This document shows positions 1 through 7,325 of a stretch of DNA of 64,000 bases, in pieces. Every line of letters starts with the position of its first letter. The first letter of the stretch is position 1. Under the pieces are notes generated by a model. It was given only the letters and a program-made list of their open reading frames with translations, did no database searches and was not told the DNA's origin. The translations under genes and the position numbers were made by a program. The stretch covers positions 1,611-65,610 of the forward strand of contig JBBQWS010000012.1 in the NCBI GenBank assembly GCA_038210415.1. The letters run 5' to 3'. This DNA comes from Actinomycetes bacterium. Lineage in GTDB: Bacteria; Actinomycetota; Actinomycetes; Prado026.

Positions 1-165
1 CGTCGTCACAGTCGTCACCGCCTGGTACGCGGCGTCGAGCGGATCGATACCGAACGACATGTAGCCGAGCGTCCCGACCACCAGCACCGTCGTGAGCAGC
101 GCCAGTCCACGGCTGATCCTGTACGCCCGGCGCACGCCGGACCCGGGTCGAGGCGGTGGGTTCAC
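1..165 (-). CDS. potassium channel family protein, N-terminal fragment (gene runs off the left window edge)
   Basis: Reverse-strand translation from GTG at 165 gives VNPPPRPGSGVRRAYRISRGLALLTTVLVVGTLGYMSFGIDPLDAAYQAVTTVTT. That is one TM helix followed by a pore-helix-like A.Y..V.T.TT stretch, which normally leads into the VGYGD filter. Cut by the window edge, so not in the ORF track. Confidence 0.45.
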   Translation of the reverse strand, partial: MNPPPRPGSGVRRAYRISRGLALLTTVLVVGTLGYMSFGIDPLDAAYQAVTTVTT

Positions 166-174
166 GGGACCATC

Positions 175-1269
175 ATGCCGGGAACCCGAGCCGCCGAGAG
201 GGGACCTGACCCGGCGCGCCCCGACCCACGGGTTGGCGCCTGGCCGTACGCTGCTCCCGTGCCGCTCAGCGCTGTCCCCACGCCTGCCGTTCTCACACCG
301 GTTCCCAGTGGCACGCTCATGATCATCGGCGGCGCCGAGGAGAAGCTCGGCCGCAAGCCGGTTCTTCGGCGCTTCGTCGAGCTCGCCGGTGGCCGCGACG
401 CGCGCATCGTGGTCTGCGCCACGGCCTCGGCGCTCGGGGAGGAGATCACCCAGCTCTACCAGACCGTCTTCCGCCGGCTCGGCGTCGCGTTCACCGAGTC
501 GGTGCGGCCGCAGACGCGTGATGAGGCCGAAGGACCTGAGCTGGTCCGTGCCATCGAGCAGGCGACTGCGGTCTTCCTCACCGGTGGCAACCAGCTCAAG
601 CTGTCCGCGGTCGTGACAGGGACAGCTTTCGGCGAGGCGATCGCTGCGGCGTACCACCGCGGCGCCGTCATCGGCGGGACCAGTGCGGGCGCCAGCGTGC
701 TGAGCGAGCACATGGTGGCGTTCGGGACCGGCGGCGCCACCCCCAAGAACCGCATGTCCCAGCTGGCCCGGGGGCTCGGCCTGCTGCCCGGAGTGGTCGT
801 GGACCAGCACTTCTCGCAGCGCAACCGCTACGGACGTCTCCTTTCGCTGGTCGCCCAGAACCCCAGCCTGCTGGGCATGGGGATCGACGAGGACACCGCC
901 GCGATCGTGTCCGGCGGACGGTTCGTCGAAGTCGCCGGGCGAGGCAGCGTCTTCGTCTTCGACGGCCGGTCCGCGGTCAGCAACGCCGCCTCGGCGACCC
1001 GCACCACCCCGTTGCTGGTCTCCGGCGCTGTCATCCACGCGCTACCGGTGGGTTCGAGGTTCGACCTCGCCGAGGCACGGCTCGTCGACTACGAGGCGAT
1101 CGGGAGCGAGCCGCGGCCGGCCACAACGGAGGAGGAGCGCGAGCCGGTCGAGCCGTACGTCGGCATCGTGGCTCGCAAGGTCGCCGCCGAGGGCGCCGAC
1201 GACACCGTGGTCGAGCGCAATGCCCGGCGCCGGCGTCGCCGTAACGCCGACGATGACGACGACGAGTGA
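175..1269 (+). CDS. cphB: cyanophycinase (peptidase S51 family) with an unusual ~60-aa highly charged C-terminal tail
   Basis: ORF track, 364 aa. Motifs MIIGGAEEKLGR, TGGNQLKL and the Ser-nucleophile motif GGTSAGASV. Lies directly upstream of cyanophycin synthetase. Start is uncertain: 175 leaves only 9 bp to the divergent gene, and in-frame GTG 259 or ATG 319 are alternatives. Confidence 0.85.
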   Translation: MPGTRAAERGPDPARPDPRVGAWPYAAPVPLSAVPTPAVLTPVPSGTLMIIGGAEEKLGRKPVLRRFVELAGGRDARIVVCATASALGEEITQLYQTVFRRLGVAFTESVRPQTRDEAEGPELVRAIEQATAVFLTGGNQLKLSAVVTGTAFGEAIAAAYHRGAVIGGTSAGASVLSEHMVAFGTGGATPKNRMSQLARGLGLLPGVVVDQHFSQRNRYGRLLSLVAQNPSLLGMGIDEDTAAIVSGGRFVEVAGRGSVFVFDGRSAVSNAASATRTTPLLVSGAVIHALPVGSRFDLAEARLVDYEAIGSEPRPATTEEEREPVEPYVGIVARKVAAEGADDTVVERNARRRRRRNADDDDDE

Positions 1270-1282
1270 CATTCTGGACCCT

Positions 1283-4057
1283 ATGACCACCGATCTGACC
1301 CCGAGCAGCCCGGCCCGGGCCGACCTGACCATCGTCGAGACTCGGGTGTACCGCGGTCCGAACGTCTGGTCGTATGATCCCGCCCTGCACCTCATCGTCG
1401 ACCTGGGCTCGCTCGAGGAGTACCCGACCGACACGCTGCCCGGTTTCGTCGACGGCCTCCTGGCGGCACTGCCGGGGCTGGCGGAGCACAGCTGCTCGCG
1501 AGGTCACCGGGGCGGCTTCGTCGAGCGGCTGAGCGAAGGCACCTGGCTCGGGCACGTCACGGAGCACGTCGCCCTGCAGCTGCAGCAGGAGGCGGGGTTC
1601 GAGGTCCGCAGGGGGAAGACCCGGCAAGTGCCTGGCCAGGCGGGGCGCTACAACGTCGTCTACGGGTTCGGGGACGAGCGGGTCGGCCTGGCTGCGGCGA
1701 AGCTCGCCGTACGGCTGGTCAACCACCTCGTCGAGCCCGACCCTTCGTTCGACTTCGCGAGCGAGCTCGAACAGTTCCTGGTGGCCGCCGAGCGCACCGC
1801 CTTCGGTCCGTCGACGCAGGCGATCATCGACGAGGCGGTGTCGCGTGACATCCCGTGGATCAGGCTCAACCAGCACTCGCTCGTCCAGCTCGGGCAGGGG
1901 GTCCACCAGAAACGGATCCGGGCGACGATGACCTCGCAGACTTCGGCGCTCGCCGTCGACGTGGCTGGCGACAAGGACCTCACCGGCAAGCTGTTGGCCG
2001 CTGCCGGGCTGCCCGTGCCCAAGTCCGACTCGGTGCGCACCGCGGACGCCGCCGTCGAGCTGGCCCGCCGGATCGGCTACCCGGTCGTCGTCAAGCCGCT
2101 CGACGGCAACCACGGGCGCGGCGTGTGCCTCGATCTGCAGGACGACGATGCAGTCCGCACCGCATTCGTGGTGGCGGAGTCGGAGTCCCGGCGCGGCTGG
2201 GTCCTCGTCGAGAATCACGTCGTCGGTCGCGACTACCGCGTCCTCGTCGTAGGCGGCCGCATGGTTGCGATCGCCGAGCGCGTGCCGGCCCACGTCACCG
2301 GCGACGGCCGGCACACCGTGCGGCAGCTGGTCGACCAGACCAACGCCGACCCCCGTCGAGGCGTCGGCCACGAGAAGGTCCTCACCCGGATCAAGGTCGA
2401 CGAAGCGGCCGTCGAGCTGGTGCGCGACCAGGGCTTTGCGCTCGACGAAGTGCCTGAGGCCGGCGCGGTCGTCAAGCTCGCCCTCACCGGCAACATGTCG
2501 ACGGGCGGCATCTCGATCGACCGCACCTTCGAGGCGCACCCGGACAACGTCGACATCGCCGAGGAAGCCGCACGGGTGGTCGGCCTCGACGTCGCCGGCA
2601 TCGACTTCATCTGTCCGGACATCACTGAGCCGGTCCGTGAGGCCGGCGGCGCGATCTGTGAGGTGAACGCGGCCCCCGGCTTTCGGATGCACACGCACCC
2701 GACCGTCGGCGAGCCGCAGTTCGTGGCCAAGCCGGTCGTCGACCTGCTGTTCCCGCCCGGTACTCCGAGCCGGGTGCCGATCATCGCCATTACCGGCACC
2801 AACGGGAAGACGACGACCTCGCGCATGGTGGCGCACATCTTCAAGGGCCTGGGACGCAAGGTCGGCATGACGTCCACCGACGGGGTGGTGATCGACGAGC
2901 GGCTGGTGATCCGCGCCGACGCGTCCGGCCCGAAATCCGCCCGTATGGTGCTGCAGAACCCCCGGGTCGACTTCGCCGTCTTCGAGGTGGCCCGTGGCGG
3001 CATCCTTCGCGAGGGCCTGGGCTTCGACCGGTGCGACGTCGCCGTCGTGACCAACGTGGCCGCCGACCACCTCGGCATGCGCGGAATCGACACCCTCGAA
3101 CAGCTGGCCGAGGTGAAGGCGGTCGTCGTGGAGGCGGTGCCCCGCGACGGGTTCGCGGTGCTCAACGCAGACGACCCCCTCGTGCGGCAGATGCGGCAGA
3201 AGGCACCGAGCGGACAGGTGGTCTGGTTCACCCTCGCCGAAGAGGGCAGCGAGACCATGGAGATGGTGGACGCGTACTGCCGCCGCGACGGACGGGCGGT
3301 GGTGCTCGAGCGCAGCGAGCTCGGCGAGATGATCGTGATCCGGCACGGGCGGCGACGGATCCAGCTGGCCTGGACCCACCTGCTCCCGGCAACGTTCGGC
3401 GGCAAAGCTCGGTTCAACGTGGCCAACGCGATGGCGGCCGCCGGCGCGGCCTTCGCAGCCGGTGCTCCGCTGCACGACATCCGGCAGGGCCTGCGCACCT
3501 TCACCACCTCGTACTACCTCTCCCCCGGTCGCCTCAACGAAGTACAGGTCGGTGGCGTCACCGTCTTCGTCGACTACTGCCACAACGCCCACGGCATGCG
3601 GGCCATGGGCGATTTCGTCGAACGGCTCATGCAGGGTCGCGATCCTGGCCCGGACGTGATGCGGCACCGTTGTCTGGCTGTCGTCGCCACTGCCGGCGAC
3701 CGGCGCGACGACGACATGCGAGAGCTCGGCGCCGTCGCCGCCGAGTTCTTCGACTCGGTCATCGTCCGGGAGGACACCGCCCTGCGCGGACGTCAGCGCG
3801 GAGCGTCGGCCGAGCTCGTCGAGGAAGGCGCCAAGAGCGCCATGGCGAAGGGCGGTCGTTGCCGTTCGACTTCGATCGTGCTCGACGAGATCGACGCCGT
3901 CCGTGAGGCGATGGCCTGGGTCAACCCCGGGGACGTCGTCGTGGTCTGCGCCGACAAGCACGCGACGGTGCTGGCCGAGCTGGAGGCGCTGTCGCACCAG
4001 GCCCAGGCCGGCGCGCACGGCTCCGACCGCATCGCCGACCCCGACTTCGTCGGTTGA
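1283..4057 (+). CDS. cphA: cyanophycin synthetase CphA1-type (N domain + ATP-grasp G domain + Mur-ligase M domain)
   Basis: ORF track 1220..4057. N domain RVYRGPNVWSYDPALHLIVDLG, ATP-grasp YPVVVKPLDGNHGRGV, Mur-ligase P-loop ITGTNGKTTTSR and NVAADHLG. Start is ATG 1283 (after the cphB stop) or 1220/1253 (overlapping it). Confidence 0.9.
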   Translation: MTTDLTPSSPARADLTIVETRVYRGPNVWSYDPALHLIVDLGSLEEYPTDTLPGFVDGLLAALPGLAEHSCSRGHRGGFVERLSEGTWLGHVTEHVALQLQQEAGFEVRRGKTRQVPGQAGRYNVVYGFGDERVGLAAAKLAVRLVNHLVEPDPSFDFASELEQFLVAAERTAFGPSTQAIIDEAVSRDIPWIRLNQHSLVQLGQGVHQKRIRATMTSQTSALAVDVAGDKDLTGKLLAAAGLPVPKSDSVRTADAAVELARRIGYPVVVKPLDGNHGRGVCLDLQDDDAVRTAFVVAESESRRGWVLVENHVVGRDYRVLVVGGRMVAIAERVPAHVTGDGRHTVRQLVDQTNADPRRGVGHEKVLTRIKVDEAAVELVRDQGFALDEVPEAGAVVKLALTGNMSTGGISIDRTFEAHPDNVDIAEEAARVVGLDVAGIDFICPDITEPVREAGGAICEVNAAPGFRMHTHPTVGEPQFVAKPVVDLLFPPGTPSRVPIIAITGTNGKTTTSRMVAHIFKGLGRKVGMTSTDGVVIDERLVIRADASGPKSARMVLQNPRVDFAVFEVARGGILREGLGFDRCDVAVVTNVAADHLGMRGIDTLEQLAEVKAVVVEAVPRDGFAVLNADDPLVRQMRQKAPSGQVVWFTLAEEGSETMEMVDAYCRRDGRAVVLERSELGEMIVIRHGRRRIQLAWTHLLPATFGGKARFNVANAMAAAGAAFAAGAPLHDIRQGLRTFTTSYYLSPGRLNEVQVGGVTVFVDYCHNAHGMRAMGDFVERLMQGRDPGPDVMRHRCLAVVATAGDRRDDDMRELGAVAAEFFDSVIVREDTALRGRQRGASAELVEEGAKSAMAKGGRCRSTSIVLDEIDAVREAMAWVNPGDVVVVCADKHATVLAELEALSHQAQAGAHGSDRIADPDFVG

Positions 4058-4068
4058 TCGGGGGTCGG

Positions 4069-5496
4069 TCAGCCGACCAGCACCGTCAGGGTCTTCGACG
4101 TCGTCGAGGTGAGCGCGTTACCGGCGTACTTCACCGTCAGCTTCACCTTGCCGGCGACGGTCGCCGTACCTGCGGCGAACGAGAATGTCCCGCCCGGTCC
4201 GGTCATGACCGGGGGCAGCTTGGTGATGATGGTCCCGTCCCTGCGGGTGACGGTGACGAGCAGGCCGACGGCCGGCGGGAGCCCGTTGACCAGCAGCGTC
4301 CCCGTGGCCGTGACGGCGCTGCCCACTGCGACAGGGGTGGTCGACTGCAGGTTCAGCGCGGTGGGGCGCGGCAGGTGCGTGACGTACGCGAACAGCGCAG
4401 CCCCTGGGCCGTCCGGCCCGGCGCCGCAGACGGTCGGTGTCCCGTTCCAGTCCGCCAGCAAGGTCGTGCCTACGCGAAGGTCCCCGGACATGCCGAGGAC
4501 TCCGATGCCGCGGTCGCCGAGGTAGCTCAGGAAGCCGGGCGCCGTCGTCTGGCTGGCGGTGCCGCAGTTCGCCGTCGGGTAGTTCCACTCGGTCGCGACG
4601 ACCGGGACGGACGACGCCAACGCACCGAACCGGAACTCCCAGTCCCTGAGGTGTGCCGGTTGGTCGAGGCCGGCCGTGTAGAAGTAGGGGTGCACCGAGT
4701 ACGCCACGTTCGGCGGGTTCATCGTGTCGTGGACCAGGGCTGCCCCCTGGTTCGGGCCTGGCAGGATGCCGGAGCGGTTCAGCCCGTCGACGAGGATCAC
4801 ATTGCGCACACCGAGGCCGCGAAGGTGCGTGAGCAGCTGCTGATGGCCGACTGCGCCGCCCTGGTTGGCGTCCGGGGTCGAGCCCCCTTCCAGCCACTCG
4901 GCCCAGCTGGCCGCCGGGAGCGGAACGAGCGAGACGGGGGTCCCTGCGGTCGCGTCGATCGGTTCGTTGAACAGCTCGTACATCACGTCGGGCGCACCCG
5001 AGTAGACCGGCGCGAGCGCGTCCCATGCCTTCTGCGTCGCCAAGCTCGGCAGGTCGTGCGAGAGTCCGCAACTCAGGTTGTTGTCCTGCATCGACAGGAT
5101 GACCGCGAGGTGAGCGGTCCGGGCGTACCCGACGCCCGTCGCGATCGAACCGAGGTAGGCGCTGACAGTGGCCGGGTCCGGGCTCGACAGCGCGCTCTGC
5201 GACACCTGGAACCGCACGGTGTTCGCATGCCAAGCGACTGCGAGGTTGGTGATCTCGTCGGAGGAGAAGTGGCTCACAGCCGACGCGGTGTCGGGGTTCG
5301 TGCAGCCAGGGCCGGCCAGCAGGCCGATCATGGTGAACCCCCGGGGCGCGAACGGCACGTGGTTCAGCGTGAGGGTGGCACCGGACACACGGAGTCCGGT
5401 CGTGGCCGCACTCGCGGTGGCTCCGGCACCGAGCAGAGGACCGAGCGCGAGCGCCACCGCGATCGTCAGCGCCGTCGTGGTACGGCTGGCTTTCAT
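4069..5496 (-). CDS. secreted glycoside hydrolase family 5 (cellulase-like) with C-terminal Ig-like/beta-sandwich domain
   Basis: 475 aa. Signal peptide MKASRTTTALTIAVALALGPLLGAGATASA. GH5 acid/base motif YELFNEP and nucleophile motif VVATEWNY. The C-terminal ~100 aa are rich in T/V/G, consistent with beta strands. Confidence 0.75.
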   Translation of the reverse strand: MKASRTTTALTIAVALALGPLLGAGATASAATTGLRVSGATLTLNHVPFAPRGFTMIGLLAGPGCTNPDTASAVSHFSSDEITNLAVAWHANTVRFQVSQSALSSPDPATVSAYLGSIATGVGYARTAHLAVILSMQDNNLSCGLSHDLPSLATQKAWDALAPVYSGAPDVMYELFNEPIDATAGTPVSLVPLPAASWAEWLEGGSTPDANQGGAVGHQQLLTHLRGLGVRNVILVDGLNRSGILPGPNQGAALVHDTMNPPNVAYSVHPYFYTAGLDQPAHLRDWEFRFGALASSVPVVATEWNYPTANCGTASQTTAPGFLSYLGDRGIGVLGMSGDLRVGTTLLADWNGTPTVCGAGPDGPGAALFAYVTHLPRPTALNLQSTTPVAVGSAVTATGTLLVNGLPPAVGLLVTVTRRDGTIITKLPPVMTGPGGTFSFAAGTATVAGKVKLTVKYAGNALTSTTSKTLTVLVG

Positions 5497-5574
5497 CGCA
5501 TCCCCCCGGATGGTTCGGTCGTCGGCTCCTGTTCAGGCGAGTGTCCGGCACGGGCCAACCGCTCGCAGGTGGTT

Positions 5575-5592
5575 CCTGAGATAAGACTCAGG
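5575..5592. promoter_or_regulatory. palindrome CCTGAG-N6-CTCAGG in the divergent GH5/satD intergenic region (candidate operator)
   Basis: Read directly: CCTGAGATAAGACTCAGG, in a locally AT-richer patch of the 138-bp divergent spacer. Confidence 0.2.
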
Positions 5593-5634
5593 ACTCTATG
5601 GACCCCAAGATCAGTTGATTGCTAATCTTCAGAG

Positions 5635-6306
5635 GTGCCCTTACCCGCCGAACCGTACCGGGCCACCGCCCTCATCGGCGACGTGGTCGCGTCGAAGCAG
5701 GCGCCGGACCGTGGCGCCCTGCAGGACCGTCTGCTGCTGGCCCTGGCCGCAGTGAACTCCGCCGTCCCGTCGCTGCAACCGCTCGAGGCGACGATCGGCG
5801 ACGAGTTCCAGGGCGTGTACGCCTCGGCGAGCCTGGCCCTGCGCGCGAGCGCCCAGGTGCGGCTGCACCTGCTCCCCGTCGACACGAGGTACGGCCTGGG
5901 CACCGGTGAGCTGACCGTCTTCGATGTGGACCGTGCTCCGGTGTCGCAGGACGGCCCGGCCTGGTGGGCCGCTCGCGAGGCCATCGACTACGTACAGGGC
6001 CGACAGGCCCGACGCGGCCATGCGCGTCACCTGCGCACGTGGCTGGTCGACCCGCAGGAGCCCGACGCGGCGACGTACGTCAACGCGTTCCTCCTGAGCC
6101 GCGACGAGACCATCGGCCTGCAGAGCCACCGGGCCCGTCGGTTGCTCCTCGGATCGCTGCTCGGGCGGACCCAGCTCGAGCTCGCCGAGTCGGAGCAGAT
6201 CAGCCAGTCCGCCGTGTCGCAGCAGCTCGCGACCAGTGGGGCCTACGCGATCTGCGACGCTCATACCCTGCTCGAGAGCCTGCCCTCGATCGGAGGCCGT
6301 CCATGA
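5635..6306 (+). CDS. SatD family protein (poorly characterised; C-terminal HTH-like region)
   Basis: 223 aa. The N-terminus ALIGDVVASK ... IGDEFQGVY resembles SatD-family proteins as I remember them. The stop overlaps the start of a DUF3307-like membrane gene (ATGA), which is the usual SatD/SatE pairing. The GTG start has no good RBS. Confidence 0.55.
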   Translation: MPLPAEPYRATALIGDVVASKQAPDRGALQDRLLLALAAVNSAVPSLQPLEATIGDEFQGVYASASLALRASAQVRLHLLPVDTRYGLGTGELTVFDVDRAPVSQDGPAWWAAREAIDYVQGRQARRGHARHLRTWLVDPQEPDAATYVNAFLLSRDETIGLQSHRARRLLLGSLLGRTQLELAESEQISQSAVSQQLATSGAYAICDAHTLLESLPSIGGRP

Positions 6307-7025
6307 CGCTGGTTGCCCTCTGGCTGCTCGTCGCCGGCCTCGCCGACCTCGTGCGCGGTTCGACCGACGCCAAGCGGCGCTCGTTCCCGGCGGGGCTGGT
6401 CGTCTTCGCCACCGTGCTCGTGGTCGCGGTGCTAGGCGGGTTCACGTTCTCCGGCTACCTCGTCAGCCTGCTGCTCGTCGTGCTTCCAGCCTGGCTGTGG
6501 ATCGTCACGTCGTCGTCCGCGCTGCGCGGCCGATCGTCCGTCGCCGCACCGCTGAGCGTGCTCGGCGGCACGATGGCCGTGCTGCTGCTCTGGAGCGGAT
6601 CCACCCCGGTGCTGGCCGGCCACCTTGCCGACTGGTACGGCGGGCTCGGCGTCCCCCTGCTCGCCGACGTCCCGCTGGCGCGCTCCGCCACAGTGCTGGG
6701 CGCCCTGTTGTTCCTCCAGGTCTCGGCCAACATCGTGGTTCGACTGGTGCTGGACGGTGCGGGCAGCTCGGCTCCGCGGGGCGAGTCCAGCCTGCGGGGC
6801 GGGCGGGTGCTGGGGCCGATGGAGCGCACCTTCATCTTCGCCCTGGGTCTGGCCGGCCAGCTCACGGCCGCGTCGATCATCGTTGCTGCCAAAGGACTTC
6901 TGCGCTTCCCTGAGATCCAGGCCCGGCGCGAGACCTCCGACACGGTCGACGCCCTGACCGAGTACTTCCTGGTCGGCTCGATGGCGAGCTGGTTGCTCGC
7001 GCTCGCCTTCCTGCCTCTGGTCTGA
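6303..7025 (+). CDS. DUF3307 (SatE-like) integral membrane protein
   Basis: In-frame ATG at 6303 within track ORF 5964..7025. Sequence MTLVALWLLVAGLADLV..., with about 6 hydrophobic helices. 4-nt overlap with the satD stop. Confidence 0.55.
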   Translation: MTLVALWLLVAGLADLVRGSTDAKRRSFPAGLVVFATVLVVAVLGGFTFSGYLVSLLLVVLPAWLWIVTSSSALRGRSSVAAPLSVLGGTMAVLLLWSGSTPVLAGHLADWYGGLGVPLLADVPLARSATVLGALLFLQVSANIVVRLVLDGAGSSAPRGESSLRGGRVLGPMERTFIFALGLAGQLTAASIIVAAKGLLRFPEIQARRETSDTVDALTEYFLVGSMASWLLALAFLPLV

Positions 7026-7029
7026 CGCG

Positions 7030-7325
7030 ATGCGGCTCACCGGACGGTTCGTCACCCTCGATCCGCTGGCGCGGGAGCACGCGAACGACCTCGTCCGGAT
7101 CCGGCGTACCCCCGAGGTGCACGCCCGCTGGGGCGACGTCGACGGCGACCCGGGGTTCCCGTTCGAGGAGCCCGAGTCGGCACGTTTCGCATGGTGCAGT
7201 ACGCGGAGGAGTCGACCCCGCACTACCGCCACGCCGGCATCGACCTGTTCCTGGACCCCGCGGTGCACGGGCGCGGCGTCGGCCGGGACGTCATACGCGC
7301 CGTGGCCGTCGACCTCGTGCGCTAG
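7030..7325 (+). pseudogene. GNAT-family N-acetyltransferase remnant (frameshifted and C-terminally truncated)
   Basis: Frame 1 (7030..~7190) reads MRLTGRFVTLDPLAREHANDLVRIRRTPEVHARWGDVDGDPGFPFEE. The GNAT-like continuation MVQYAEESTPHYRHAGIDLFLDPAVHGRGVGRDVIRAVAVDLVR* is in frame 3 (7191..7325). Total length is far below a ~170-aa GNAT. Confidence 0.55.

Noticed and set aside
1031-4018. 995-aa ORF on the minus strand covering the whole cphA gene
   Set aside because: Antisense to a gene with unmistakable CphA motifs. The product is Arg/Gly/Asp/His-rich with no recognisable motifs, the classic high-GC antisense open frame.
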